From positions 992,789 through 1,056,788 of the forward strand of contig NW_019091356.1 in assembly GCF_001949145.1 (NCBI RefSeq): 64,000 nucleotides of DNA, in the 5' to 3' direction. A program made the translations under genes and the position numbers. Below the pieces are notes generated by a model. It was not told where the DNA came from, searched no databases, and saw only the letters and a list, made by a program, of their open reading frames with translations. Source of the stretch: Acanthaster planci (Eukaryota). How positions within the stretch are numbered: the stretch's first letter is position 1; each line of letters opens with the position of its first letter. Below are positions 37,072 through 52,503 of the stretch, in pieces.

Positions 37072-40000
37072 CCTCCTTGTCTAGTCTCAATACCTTTATA
37101 CATGTACTTCGCTAACTGCCATCAACATTTCTATTCTCATGAACTTTGATAGCATCTCCATGATCAACCATGCAGGTACTTTCTGATTGTAAATCCTCCT
37201 ACGGACACTCTGCAATATTGACAGCAACAACCTCCATTCTTATTTCCATTCTAGCATCTCCTTTCCCAACCCCCAAGTTTTTTCTACACCACATGAATAG
37301 CACAGGAATGCCACTGACCAAAACAAATGCTCTTTCCACCTGTCTCTAATTTTTCTTGCATGAAGGGGGCACCAGACCCCTGACATGGTAAAAAAAAAAA
37401 AATAAAAAAATCTCTCCGGCCTTCTGTAAAATTACTGCAGAGACGAACAAGGCAAGACAGCAAGCAGCCTTCAATCTTAAAAAGCGTGGGACCGACCAAA
37501 GCAGTAGAGACAGTTATGAAGCAAAATGAAAAATAGCCAGCATTTCAATTCCAGGCCAGACTTTGCTAAGGCTGAAAGGGCTATTAATCACTGCACGATG
37601 TTGACTGCAAGTGAGCAGGGGCAGACCCCTGGCTCTACCCAAGGATTGCCAGAGAGAGGACAAGGAACAAAATACCGGCTAGGAACGCAAAAAGAGTCTG
37701 AGACACAAGGACACAGAGTAAATTTCTGGCCACATTTGAATTCTCGACTTGGAAAGCATATCATGTTCCTTGTTATCAGGTGTAATTGAATACTCCTAAT
37801 AAAACGTAATATGGGCTGCATACATGCTCTCTCGACAGTAGAGAAACCCATTACATGTTGGCCATGAACTGCAGTCTATTCTATGTCATTCCATTAAAAC
37901 CATGTACCCATTACAAAAATTCCATTAACAACACAAACACTTGGTTGAGGTTTCTAATTTCATTGGTCTGGATAGACTAAATAATCAAATACAACATAAA
38001 CAACTTTCAGCACCCATTAGGAACCCATGTAAAAAAAGTAACAAATTTGTAAGTGAAAAAATTCAAAAATGACAACGGTGAAAATTTCCAACATTGCCAT
38101 CTCACAACCTCCCTGCCAAGATCTTGACACGGGACCCAAAGTACATATTTAGATGACCCAGTTTCTACAGGCATGCCTTGTCAAGTATACCATAACAAAT
38201 ACAACAGCAAGTTATATACAAAAATTTATCTGGCCAGCAGGGCATAAAACAAGTACAGCCAAAAAACCCTGTCTAGGGCCCCTGTTCTATCTGCAGATAT
38301 CTAGTGACAGTGAACATAAATCACCAGTCTCTTTTTTTCCCCTTGTGCCTTCTCCCCTTTCCACTCAATCATCAAGGCTTGTGTACATGCAGTCTTCAAA
38401 AGGGTCTTGCTTTTCCTCTTAAACGAGCCAGGGATGGTTTGTATGTATTAGTACTCTCCACCAAGCCTTTATGATATGGGGGATTACTTCATTTACATAT
38501 ATCTGGTTTAAAAGGGTAGTTTTGCGGTCTGCTTTACTCTTGTATTTTTTTCCTTCATGTTTTAGAAAATGCCCAAAGCCTTGTAAATTTTGGGTTAAGC
38601 TCTGGAAAAGATACTGGGGTTATTTTTGTATCAAATTTGTCAGCACTGTGCTTTTGGGGTCTGTTCCGGGCAAAATCGTGATACCACCTACTATTACATT
38701 TCATTTTTCCTTGGTACAGAAGTCAGTGGAGTCCTTTGTCTGATATAAATGAAGATGTTACACATCTGTGGGAGTATATTCAATATTAGTCCCAGAACCT
38801 GCAGCACAGAGCATCCATCCACACCTGGTAACAACACCAGTAACTCAGGACTTTGACATGATGCCTTCACATTACAAAACAGACAGGACCCAGATCACTG
38901 GTGGGTGGGGGATAAATACAAGAGAAAGGATCTAAAACTGACATCTCAAACCCCTACCAAAACCACCAGCTGAAGAAAAAATGGTATATGTTATGCAATC
39001 AGAATCTGCATAAGTGTGTGCTGTGAACACAGGGGGAGAAAGTCAGTAATGTTTCAGAAGGGATGGGGGGGGGGGAGGAAACACGGCTGCCTTGAGAACT
39101 GCCTAGGCTCTGTTCCGTCTCCAAGGCTGAGCAGCCAGGAGGAGGAAGTCCTCAGCAGCTGTTGTGAGGTTGGGTCTCTGGGGATCGCCGAGCCCCAGTT
39201 ACAGCAGCAGGCTTTCTGACCTCCTATGAGCTTAATATGGTCCAGTGGAGACTGGTTGTCTGCCGGCCAAGGTTAGTTGGCCAGCGACTGGCAGGATGCT
39301 GGGGTGAACAAGCTGGTTTTTATGTCGTGGTCAGGGATTGCAGGATGGCTGGTACAGGCTAACAGCACATGGTTGAATGGTTAAGGAATTAATGAGATAC
39401 TCGCAGCCGGCTCTTTTCTTTTCTTTCTTACCCCCCCCTTCCTTTTTTTGGAGCCAGGATTGAATGAGAAAGGCAAACTAAGGCCAGAGGCGGCCATTTT
39501 GGTGTGCATGTGTATGCATTCATTGCTTTGTATTCACACAGTATTCAATACTGCCAATGGAAATTTGTTAACTTCTGGGTAGGCAATAAGGCCACGATGC
39601 CGGGTACGGTTTAGCACACTCTTGGAAAGTACTGTGACATACAATTCCATGACTGTGAACGGTACGACGACCTCCAATCACGAGGATGTGATCAACATTT
39701 TATGTGGACCCATTTTTATTAAGACAGATAGTGTGTCCATATTCCTTGTCAAACTTGGCAGAAATACAAGCACATAATCACAAACGTCTAAGTTGAAATT
39801 CACTGTCAGGAAAAAGCCCCCTCTCAAGGAAAAAAAAATCTCATTCATAAATATGTAAATAAGAATTTAATACTGCCAGAATGGATTTGCCCATCTGGTA
39901 AAACATCACAGTTTAGCCTATGTCCCATGTTGACTTTATGGCTTGGGACCAGCATGTGTGTTATGCATGTTCACAGGAGGATTTTGTGGTTAGCGGTGGC

Positions 40001-43000
40001 AAGCTTTTCAGTGTTCTGGGGGAACCAAAGATGAAAGAAAGAGAAAGTTCCCCCCCCCCCAGTCTGTGAACAGAAAGTAGCCAATTTACCCTTGGTCTTT
40101 GAAAGCTGGGGACCTCTAGGCTCCTAGTACTACACACAACAGGGACCCAAACGCCAGTGTTTTGATATACCCATGGCACTGTGAAAACAAGGTATTGTCA
40201 GCGCTGGGGCTGCTTGTTATGTTCAGACCGACGGTAAGGATATATAACTGGAGGGCTTTTATTCCTTAAGTCACAACCTCCACTCACAATTATGCCTCGT
40301 AAAAAGATAAACTTGGTCTTTTGACTGAAAGGCCCAAACACTGGCTTCCCCCCCCTTTCTTTTTTCTCAGGTAGGTGACGTTTTTTTTTTCTTTTCCGCT
40401 TCCATTTTGAAAGGGAATAAAGGGCCACGGTGGTATTGTCCCATCCCGATCAGATTCAACAAGGGTTCTGTGTAGACAGACGAAGAGGAATTTGGTTGTA
40501 ATGGACTTCTCCAGAGCATGCATAATCGTGATAACGGGTTATTGTATTCATTTCTGCAGAACCTCCAATGTGAAAGAGAAAACTCTAACAAGTTGACAAC
40601 AAAACTGAGAAATCTGATCCTTGACCCTTGAGGTCATTATGTTTTTGTAATACCAAATCAGAAAGTCAAAATAGACAGAATCTGGGGAAAAAACTTCCAG
40701 AAACATTTTTTCCAAGATTTATTTTGACAGGTTAAAAGACCAAATGAAAGCATTTCTTTGTCATAAATGTACCGTAAGTTGTGATCTGGCCCTTTGGAAT
40801 ACTCTGACAGACTAAGTAAACTTCAGGAAAAAAAAACAAAACATAACAAAACACAACAAAAACCCCACCATGATATACATGTACAATATCCATATTTTAT
40901 AGAAACATGATATCAAAATTATCAGTGCCCAAAATATTAATAAACTCCTGAGTGGTCTGATCTCTGTGTCTCTCATTCCAGCGAGGTGGAAAGATTGGAG
41001 GGAAAAAAACCTTCAGGACGGAAAAAAAACTTCAAAACATAAACAGCATAGTCAGTTAATATTGATACAACACTAGCAGTGTGGCTGCCTCTCAATAGCT
41101 ACCTAGCGACAACCCTAGATATTGAAATCATGATAATAGATCATACGAACGCTAAGGGTCAGCAGTGGGCAGACTTCCATCCAACTTGCATTAAATGGAA
41201 AATTAATAGACTGGATGTATTTAATAATCATGAGATTGGAGGGGCCATTTAGAAAAGCGGTCAAATGAGGGAAAGGGTGGTGTTCCATGGCACTGTTCAA
41301 AAGTTATATCTAGTGCCCTGTTAGTGGAATAATTGTTATTAAAAAATATGCTAATGCCATGCAGGTATTCTGGTCTCACTGACAAAATAATGACCTCTCT
41401 GTCAAAGACAAGGGACAGGCACATCTATTCTTTCCCTTTAAGTTTGAATCAAATGGTGACATAGTGGTTTCTAAAGCTGTGAATCTGTGGCATAATGTTT
41501 GGGGCCAATTTTGGACCTTTGTTCCCTTCGTGGCTTAGATCATGAGCTGAGAACATACATTTCACTGGTACAAAATTACAAAATTTATGAGATTCACTTC
41601 CGACTACACAATGTATTTGAACAGGGAACATGTATTGTATTTATTGTCAAAACAGATCCGAGAGAGCTTTCACTTCAGAATTTCATTACACAGTTGTGTG
41701 TACCTAACCTACCTGCATTATTCCCACAAAAAATCCCCACATTATTCCATGGGTAATTATACTGTCTATTTTAATGTCATGCACTTCGATGGATTTCATT
41801 TTAAGTCGTTTGTAGTATACACAGACTTAATTATCATGAACAACATATTCAAGAAGGTTAAAACAAATCTGAACAAAGCACCTGTTTTAATCAATATTAG
41901 AGAGTGGTGTGCCTACCTGCAAAATTCTCTACCACAAACATTTTGGCAATGATCATGCAAAACAGCAGTTTTTAAAATTGAAATGAATACAGTACTCTCA
42001 AGGCCGGGATTAGTCTTTATGTCGTTTTCAAAATAATCATGTACTTCTTGTTGATCAGCTGTTTAGTAATTCACCATTTGGGCTATTTCACAGTGAATAA
42101 ATCATTTTGAAGGTTCAAAATCAAGATGAAATAATCAAAAGCACAGTTTCTAAAGAATTCCCAAGGGTTTACTCCACCACAAGTGAGCAGACATCACAAA
42201 ATGAATTGTAAGGTGAGTTCTGTTGAAGTTTACATTGGGAAGGGCAAGCTGAGTATTATGGCGGGGGTGGAGTTGAGGACTCATTGATTTACATGGATAC
42301 TCACGAGGTTTCTCAGCAACTTGCAACTCTAGGGCTTAGCTGTCTTCATGGATTTTTGGAGGGCTCGGATATCTGTGTCTGTACTACTGAATCTACATTT
42401 TCTCGTATTTGCTTTTTGCATTTATGATAATGATGACGACAGATGATAACGACCTAAACAGATATGTCAGGTTTAACAAACTCTGACCTTCTGAATACTT
42501 CTACAGGGTTACAGTTGGCCAATATGAACATCTAACAAAAGAAGTACGGTGTAATAACAATGGATGCTCATTGTTATAGTGCACTGTGTTTCTTTTGTTA
42601 GATATTCGTAGTGTGGACTGATAAACAGCAAGATTGCTATCTAAACTTCCTCTAAACATCCAATCGGGGCAAGTCTTGCGTTAAATTATTTCCTTTTTAT
42701 TCCCATGGGGAGAGCCACTGAAAATCTGACTGTAATACAGGATTTTAACAGCACGCAGGATTGCTGGAGATTTTTTGAAACAAGCTCACCAAGCAAGGTG
42801 TATAGTCACTCTGACAGATTTGTGGCCTTTTCTATTGCTGCATGTAAATCTCCTATTTTTGAAAAAATAATGATCATTTCTTAAATTATGAAGACAAAAA
42901 TAAACACTCTAAACCCTTAATCGAAGATTAAATTGGCCAGTAACATTCTAATTTTCTGCCACTTGAATGACTTTTCTTTGAAGTCTCTTGAAGGGAACAG

Positions 43001-45072
43001 TGCAAGTTTGATGACTGACCTTCTGGCCAGGATTTATGAACGCTAACTGTGCTCACAGGCTTAGAAATAACAAACAGGACCAGGAGCAGCTGGGCAAAAA
43101 GGACTCTCTGGGAAGGTCAGTTTTCAAAAATTCCAGACCAAAATTAGGACCCTTCACTGGACAGTCAGACACTTGTCCTGGTGGAAACGTATTTGAGAGG
43201 AAAGGGGGACGAGAAATGGTGCTAGGCTTCGACTGGTCACCAGTTAGGCATACAAGCAACACCAGGCATTGTGGCTGGTACCCTGGGGTTTTGTTATCAG
43301 ATGCAGTCAAGATGGGATTTTTTCACAACTTCTACCATCTACCTCCTCCCACCTACTGCAAGGCCGCAGCCATCAGCTAATGGGCCCTGGCTAGCACCCA
43401 CACCCTTACCTTGCCACTGATAATAAATCACAATCCCATTTGATGTCTACAGGAGTGCCACCTCTCCTTTTATCCCAGTGGCAGTAATTTCAAGAGGAGG
43501 GGCCTCATTAATATCAGAAACACAATACACCTTGGTACTGTGGATCACCATCCCACCATTTTCTGTTCCAAGGGGCGCTGATAAGTAAAGACAGGGTGGA
43601 TAAACCTAGACAGAAACACAATTTAGGGGGAAGGGATCTTCCAAAATTCCAAAGGAATGCCCCTGCCTGATTGTGAGAAGGATCTATTAAGACAGTGGCA
43701 GGTTTGGCTGGTGACAGTGGACAGCATGGGTCGGGCATGGCTCCGATATGGACCTGCAACTTATGCTCTGGCATTCTCCACTTAAAGCCAGCCAACAGGG
43801 TGCCAGCAATTTACCCAGGATGCTTATGCTCACAAGAAAAGCTATCTGATTAAAGCCAGGATCAGAATGGGGGACGTTATGTGTAGGCTCAGAAGAGCCA
43901 AGGCACCCAGAGTTGCAGGCTCAACTAACTCCCCAGGCATTCTTTGCTCTCTCAGGGCCAAACAAAACCTCCTTACAAAGTGTAATGAGCTGTTCCCGAC
44001 ACTCATGCAAAAAGGGGACCCCCACGCTGGGTGGGAAAAAAAGTCCTGGCCAAATGGTGTTTTTTTTTTTCTGTCTTTTTTTTCTTTTCAGGAGTGAGGT
44101 CCTTCTTCGGATTGCCACCAAGAGAAGGAAAGGGGAAGAGAGGGGAGGGAAATTAAGAATTATGTTCTTTCTATAGAGTCCTTTTTGCAGTGAATACCAC
44201 CACTGGACAAACAGGGGCGTATGCAGTAAAGCGTGGAGTCACCTGAAAGAGAAAAAATGTGGCTGTTTACTTTGGGGCCCCCCTGTGTGCCCAGAACAAG
44301 GGCGGTCTCCAACTATGTCGGGTGGTTTCCAACTGTGTCCAATCAGGCAGAATGAAGCAGGGAGAAAGGTAGACTATTGGTGTATCAGCTGTGCCCAGCC
44401 GCGGCCTCGCAGTAAGGGAGTCTTGGGTACACCCTGAATATCATGAAGCACAAGGTGCATATTTTTCTCAGAGATGTCTGAATGGGAGACGCTGGGTGCG
44501 TGCTGTGTCTCATGCTCCCTTCCCTGCTTTTGATCTCTGCCGTATTTTTTTCCTACCTCGCCATTCCCTCACCCATTTGCAATGATCAAATTAGATGGCT
44601 GAAAACCATGAAAAAAAATCTTTTGGAAGTGAAAACAACTGTGCAAAGGGGTGACACTACTGAAATTATTCCACCATGACATTCTCCAAGGTTTGTGGGG
44701 GCAGGCATGGCTTACAGTATCCATGTGATTCTACCTCCATGCAGTATCGAAGTGTTGCTCCCGTCTCAAAATATTCTACTCCAAAGGTGCAGCCAACAGC
44801 TGCGTCACTCCTCTGCAAAAATTTCTCGGCTGCAGGGCTGTAGGGAGTGCGTCCACATTTTAAAACACCATACAGAACTCTTTCCACTTGCTACTGTACC
44901 CTTCTTTGGGTACAATTAAGATTGGACGAGGACTTCCAATTAAATTTCCCCTCCAATGGGACTACTAAAGACTTCAATTTCGATCAAATGGGGTTATTAA
45001 GTGTAATTCATATTGCAAGTTACACAGTTGATTGGATTGATTCCTTCGACTCAAAGTCTCCATGTAGACTCA

Positions 45073-45191
45073 GGCCGCATCTGAATCTCTTGCCTAGAGC
45101 TAGGTCTAGGTCCTCGCTCTATTGGAAATGTGTGGAGATGCGCAGAAAATAGACCTAGCCGTAGTTCTGTAAGCCCGTTTTGGACACGGCC
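45073..45191. mobile_element. 119-bp PIF/Harbinger-like MITE with TCA target-site duplication
   Basis: tca at 45070-45072 and 45192-45194. TIRs GGCCGCATCTGAA and (rc) GGCCGTGTCCAAA. Perfect internal inverted repeat gctaggtcta (45099-45108) / tagacctagc (45150-45159). Confidence 0.75.
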
Positions 45192-48100
45192 TCAGACTTA
45201 CAATGTTCTTACATTTTCTAATTGGGGGAACTTGAAATAATTGGCTACGCATTACTGAAATCAATATTACGGGGAAATAAAAAATTCAAGTACCAAGCTT
45301 CAAATCTTACGAGACAGATAACAGCATCAGTGCTTGAACATAATTATTTGAAATACGGCACAAGTGATCAGATATCACTTTAATTAAAGGAAATGACCAC
45401 ATAAAGGAACTCCATCAACTAAGCAATTAGACATTATTATTTTATTGCTGCTCAACTATTTTTGTCGCTATCTTCTGTACGTGTGTGTTTGTAACTTTTA
45501 CCTGCAAATTTAAATGAATAAATGAAATGAAATAAAATCCTGATGAGTGAACCTAGCAAATGTGACAATTGTTGCACTGGTTTATGTAACCCCAGTGATT
45601 TTTTGCCGGATACCCTACTTGAAGTTTGGAGTACTAGTGATTCCACCACAAAAATGGGTCAGGAAATTTCCAGTGTCATGGACAAACACAGCTGTGCGAA
45701 AACCCACACTTCCTTGGCAAAGCAATCTGATTAGAGCTTCTTTCGTCTCATTTCCCATGTTAACTGTTAACTAGCTAGCCTTCAGAGACGGGGAGGGGGG
45801 GCTGGACAGTGGGCACACTAATAAACTGTTTTCCACCTAGTTTTATCTTGCCACAAGGACACCCATGCACACCACACGCTCACACAATAACACACACATA
45901 CCACCACAGTTTGGAAAAGACATTCTGAAGGGTGGTGACACTGATCGTGACTGGCAGTCAGTGGTGTGTGCTTCCGAGCCCCCAAGTTCAATGCAGTTCA
46001 CAGGCTTGCGTACCAGGTCAGTGCACCACACCAGCCTAAATTGGTTACGGAGGAGTGGCGTCGCCAGGACTTGAGCACTTTTAAATATGTGGCCAGGGCT
46101 AAAATCTCATTTATTACCCGAGGGTCTGGATTGTAGATGTGCAGTATGTTTGCTTGACATCACGACTGCTGTGGGGAATGGGCTTTCTACACAGGAGATC
46201 AAACTTGAATGTTATTCACATATTTCACCACAGCATTTGGAGTTTGGGCTGACGCTACCGACGGCATAGTTTGATGCCTATAGTACATTCTGTACAAACT
46301 TCTGCTCAAGACAAATACCCTTCCCTGTATAATCCTAAGGGGTTCCAAAGATATAGTTGGTGAGCCATTTCATCTACCTTGTTCTTTAGTTACAAGTCAA
46401 AAGGCCTGCACTGAAGATTTTCGCACCTAAACCTTCCTCTCCAGCATTCTACACAAGTGAGCAGATGTTTTGAAACAATATTTAAGTCCAAATCAAAGTT
46501 TGGCTTCTTGGTTTTTAGAGGCTTTTTTAAAAAGGTACACATTCAAGGTTCATATCAGAAGTGCTTCCCTTTTACTACACGTAACGTCAGGTACCAGACC
46601 AGACAAGCACTTTCTACCATACATGTACACATACACCACATGGTTTGTAGAATGTTTTCAATATCAGAAAAGGAATCTTCTGGGTTTCTGCAGTTCTTTC
46701 GAGTGTTCTTCAACTTTCCTACCCCTCATTAGCATGATGTTGTCACAAGCCCAAAGCCTTTAGCAACTACCAGTATGCTACCCAACCCACAGCCCCAAAT
46801 GGGCTACAAAGGGCACCAGACTAAGCCTTGCCTTTACCCTTGGCTTGGTTTTCTTTTTTCAGTGACAGCATCCAACAAAATTCCTGACTTTTACATTTGG
46901 TTCAGTTTTCATAACAAGGCAATCAAAGTTCAAACCATACGACAAAAAAGCCCAAGCTGATGTCATTCCTGTCTGAATATTTATGTCCTGTAAAGCTGTA
47001 CTCAGATCACTGACAAAGCAAAGGAAATGACAACGCAACAGACTGACATAATCCTTTCAGAAATGGCCACTACAATATAAGAATCCACACTGTGCGTACT
47101 TCATTCCGCAGTATGGACACAATCCCAGCAATGTACCTTTATCTCTCTCCCTGGCTGAACCAACCCCCCCCCTTTCCTATCTCCCTGACCCCTGGCTGAT
47201 TCTCCCTGGCGACAGTCACTGGATGCCTGAGGGAACCGTTACTTCTTTCACATCATGCTCAAGACATGCTCAGGCACTCCCTGTCTCAGCATCACCTTCT
47301 AATGCGTCAATCCACTCCATGTTCGCGTCTGCCGACGTACTGCACATTACTGGGGAAACACTGCCTGATAACGGGAAAGATTTACATCAGCACGTAGACA
47401 TTTAATGCCTCCTTCGAACCCCAATTTGTAATAATTCCTTTGAATCCGTTCCCTCTCTGACATTTTGATACATTTTGAATTCCTGATTTCCAGTCCAGCT
47501 AATGCCTTTCTTGTATTCAAAGAAGCATCCCATTTTTGATTGAGTTTTGGACACTGAATTTCACCCGACTTTCAACAATGGACCAAATCCTTCCAGAAAG
47601 GGTCCACAATATATTTAGGTAAACAATTTTGTGCTTTATAGTAATTTTGTGCTTGATTATATGATATATGCCTACAAGTCAGAAATGTACATAAAAAATG
47701 AATCAAGTGTATAAATGTGCACACTAAGCCATCATGGTATCAAATCCAGGAAAAGTGTTTGACATTGAGTGAGACTCACTGAACGTGATGAATATCTCAG
47801 GTCCCACCGATGTCTTTCAATCCTCTTTTTACAGTTTCATGGAAACGTTAACATTTTCAGTTCAATATTTCTCTGCATGTAGCTGCAGCTACTTATGCAT
47901 CATTTTTTTTTCCTCAGGTGCAGAGGAGGAAATAATTCACATGTTCAAATCCTACATACATGAGATCGTCCATAACTCAAAGTGTAATATGAACTACAAC
48001 AAAGGCAAACATATCTCGCCACATTAAGATACAGATGAGCGTATCGACTACATGCTGTGCGCCTGCCCACGACAGGCCATTAGCGGACGGCCCTTAATGT

Positions 48101-51100
48101 TAGCAAGATATTAAATATGAATGTAAGTATCAGGCACCAACCAGACATGCATCCCGGAACTGTAATGTAGTTAACCACCACCTTAACTAGATATACGTCC
48201 AGGTGCGACCCATCAACCCTCAGCAACGGAGGTCACTGACACCTCACTGCCAACCTCACTGCAGCACTTCACTAACAGCACCTTGAGTCAAACTACGGAT
48301 AATCTAATAAGAGGCGGGCCGCCACTGGAGGAAACACAGTGGAGAAGTATAGAGGTTCTTGTGCACAGGACAAATGTGAAAGGTAGTCTTGAAGGGAAAA
48401 TTAAAGACTGTGTTTCATTCTTCCTTTTTGTCTCTCTTCTTTCTTGCTTGGATTGTTGGCCAGGTGAGGTTTTTTAGTGTTGTGGCAAAATTGTTAAAAA
48501 GCCTTAGTGAAAAGGGACAGACAATTACACGGCCTTACTCAGAACCTGCGCATAACCTTGGGCTGAATGATTTGATTAACTGTGCACAGTGCTCGTGGGA
48601 TCTCCAATGTACAAAATGTTTACCTACTAAACATGCCCCACAAGAGTCGAGTTGAAGCAGCAAATGTTTCGGCACCTTTGATACAAATATTAATTAGATA
48701 AGCCAGATATCGGAACCTTCAAAACATATCTTATTGATGAGCTTCCTTTTTGAATAAATTTGACATTGTCACTGACCCTTGCACTGTTGACGAGATACAA
48801 ACTTTTCTAACTTGTAGTGAAGTGCCTGCATGCAAAGAATGGATATTTTATTGTACTTCCGTGTGTTTCCGCTCACAACCTGACGAACTAGTCACTGAAA
48901 AATGTATTTATTAAATGCTTCACCTGACTCTCAAATAAGCAGTTTTCCTGTGGCATTATCTCCCTAGAGTTGATGGAATGACAAGAGATAAAAAACAAAT
49001 CATTACCCACATTTTGAAAAAAAAGATGGAGCTGAAAAAAAAATTTGACATTCCAATGACAGTCGGAGATAAACAGTGACTTTGAAGTTGAGAGAGGTCT
49101 GTCACAGCAACCGGGAGGGCTGCAGGCACCGTCCCTGCGGTGCCCCAGCCCCTGTGATGGCGTCTGTGGATAACCTTTGACCTTTCTGTTTGGAGAAAGG
49201 CCACCCAGGCGAGCAGCCAGGGCAGGGATCTAACATCAACACTATCTGATGGCAAGTGCTATGTCAACCCTGCACTGCTACATTAATCAACCCAGTCCGT
49301 GAGCCCCAGCATGGCAGCAGCGCATGAGAGCTGCTGAGCTCGTGTAAAAGCTTCATCCCACCACAGCTCTTCGACTGATTGGATGGGGCTCGCCAAACAA
49401 AACAAATTTTACTCCAAACTCTGCATCACGCTTGGTGCTTTAACTACAGCACACACAAGCGTGTGTGTACATTTTGTCTTGAGAGAGAGCCTTTTCTCCG
49501 TCTGAAAATCACAAGAAAATGATTACGCTGTTTAAATTAACCTGCACCGCTGTGACATATTTAGAGATTGTATATTTCCTTAACAGGGAAAGCCATGTCC
49601 CTTAAGAGTCAATGGGGAACTTTTATTACCAGTTGACAGATACTAAGTTTATTTTGGAATGAGAACACGTCGGGAGGTTCTTTCAAATGAAAATCTCTCC
49701 AGTGAAACAAAATAGAGTTGTCACAAAAGAGCTCTTGTCTTCTCATCGCAACTGCTCTAACTCCTATTGGAACATTTTCTGGGCTAATTATTCCCAACTA
49801 CGCTAAGACATTGAAGATTAATTCATGGTACACAAAATGTTGCAGCCCAGTGCATCAAAACATGTCACACATAGGCCCAACAAAACTCATCCTTGAAAAA
49901 TAATAAATCTGTTAGTTTTGTCTGACCTTTGAACCCCTTCTTACTTGTTAGTTGCTATGGAACATTATAGTTTCCATAATGTGATCTGGGCAATTAATCA
50001 GCTCTCACCATCTGCAGCCACAAACAATGACAGCCCAAATGCTAAATGTTTCCCTCAAGTGACACCAACTGCTCATCTGAAAGCATGAACTATGAAGACG
50101 GGGAACCATTATCAGCCAACACAACGGGCCTTCTTAGCAACGGAAAATTGGCTACTGTGAGAGAACAAAACTCGTAAGTGCCCTTGGCCAGTCCACTCCC
50201 ACCAAAGAATTTATATTCAAAATGTTTGCTCCTAATAATGGGGGGGCGGAGGGGGTGTCGGCCGGATAGTGGGTAGAAATGACCATGTTGCTGGATTGGA
50301 TGATGAATGGAAGACCATCATAGCGCGCATCACAGAAAAACCAAGGGGCGCAATCGATAAGTACTAAGCATGTTGATGATGGCTTGCTACATATCTGAGA
50401 TGCACACACAAAAAAACAGAAGAGGCCTGACCACTTGGAAATGTACATGTATGCCTGCTGCAATTTTCAAGGACTTAGTGGGAAGTTAGGGGCCATTAAC
50501 CCTTACCACACATATTATGAGTGACACAACTCATAAAAGTTGAAACAATTTTCCAACATAATTTCTCTTATCATAATTTGCTTCTTGTTAGTGTTAACCT
50601 CCAAACTTCAGCCTCCACCATCAAGTTGACGGCCATTGTATCCAACTGAAACTAGAAACAAAAACAACAAATATGAAGAGGCCGAACAAAGAGGCAACAA
50701 AACCTTACTCAAAGTACACTTGGGAAAAAAATCACTGCTCCGGATCTTCAAAATAGTTCTACCCAAAGCTCAAAGAATCAGGATGCTTTTATTTACGCTA
50801 AGCCACAGGGTAAACAGACGAGGAGAAACACACTTTCCTTGCCATACTGTGAAACCTTTCCATGAATGAGAACGGGTACACATCAGCTGATGAATACCCC
50901 CTCCTGAAGTTGATTGTCCTTGACGAGATCTCTCCTTTTTTTAGGCCACTGTTTGCCCACGCACAAAGGGCTCCCTAAAATGCAAGACACTTGGCATTTC
51001 TTACCGGCTTTGGCAAACAGACATTCTCCGCTGTCTGTAGCTTACTTCAGCTTATTGTGAGCTACGATATTCTGACATTATCAAAAGAAGCTGGGATTTT

Positions 51101-52160
51101 CAGAAGTGACTTTGAGCCTTCTGAGCGACAAATCAACGACTGTACAGTTCCCAACCCCCTTCCCCCTAAAAAGGAAAGTCACGGGAAAAGGGTGCCCAAA
51201 CACAGGGAATTATCTTTGGAGAGGGAAACTTGAAACTGCACCCTTTTGGAAGGTAAACCAGAGAGTGAAGTAGGCCTATATCTCACTTCAGGTATGCTTG
51301 GGCATATCACTTAGTAACTCACCACCGCCAACAAGCTTCATTATTTAAGTCCGATGACGCCAGCCTCTGGTGATAAGGACCCCCCCCATATCAAACGCTT
51401 TAACAGCAAATCCCCTTTACTATTTACCAATCCCCTTTGCTGAGATAAAAAGTATCAAGTACAGAGAGGTCAGTTAGTGCGCCAAATCTTCTCTGCATGG
51501 TTACTTTCCTCTGACCAGGAGAATGACATGAGCAAAAGAAAGCTTTGCCATGCGTGCAGATCATACCCAGAACAGGAGTTTTCACTATCACATTTTTTTT
51601 GGGGAGGGGAGGTCCCTTTAAAATTTATTGGCATTTTCCACATCCTCAGAGAAAAAAAAAACGGAATTTAAAAAAAAAGCTGGAAACACATTTGATGAAA
51701 GTGGGGCATTTGGGACTTTGCCAAGAGCCTTTTATCTAGTCTTTAAGAGCCTTGGCTCATTAAATTTCCGAAATTCAGACATTAAGCTTTCCTATTCTCC
51801 ATCTTTCCTGCAAGCAGTCTTGACTCCTCAATCACTGGCCACTATAAACTCTACACCACTTAAGTTGGCTGTTTACGGTTGCAATAAATAATGCCACAGC
51901 AAATGTTTACTTAATGTTCCTTGGGAAAAAAACAACAATGAATACAGAACGGGCCCCCTTGATCTCAACTGTGAAATCTGGAAGAATTTTGCCACTGATT
52001 GTCTCAGGAAACTTGGAACAGTTTGCTTCAGATTTGCAGACCTTTGAAGTTGAAACACCAGATTCAAACTCGCTATTATTGGGCAGTTTATAATCCTGTA
52101 ATGGAATCAATCTCTAATGCTTCAGAATTCAATTTTGCATGAGTCTGCACATATTACCAG

Positions 52161-52503
52161 AGATGTTATAGCCAGCCATATTTTAGTGCTAGGCAACTTT
52201 GTAACGGCAAAGGGAGGAAGTGAAAAAACCACAGTCTCGGGGGTCATGGCCAGGGGTCCAGGGGCCCCCTCGAGGGAACCCCAGATCACTTTTTCAGTGA
52301 GTTTTTCTCTCCAAATTGATTAAGAGGTCAACTTTTTAAATTTCTTCAAGGTAAAAAATCTAAAATTTTCATGGTTACTGATGTTTTGCTGGCATTTTTA
52401 AGGATTTTTGTGCTGGTCAGTGGGCTGTTTCTTCAAGCTTAGTGCCGGAGAAGGCTGTGGTGGAGATACCCGACTGGTGCCGACCAGCGTAGCTGTAACA
52501 CTG
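52161..52503. mobile_element. About 340-bp hAT-like non-autonomous element with 8-bp TSD
   Basis: attaccag at 52153-52160 and 52504-52511. Right end (rc) CAGTGTTACAGC versus degenerate left end AGATGTTATAGC. Confidence 0.6.
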
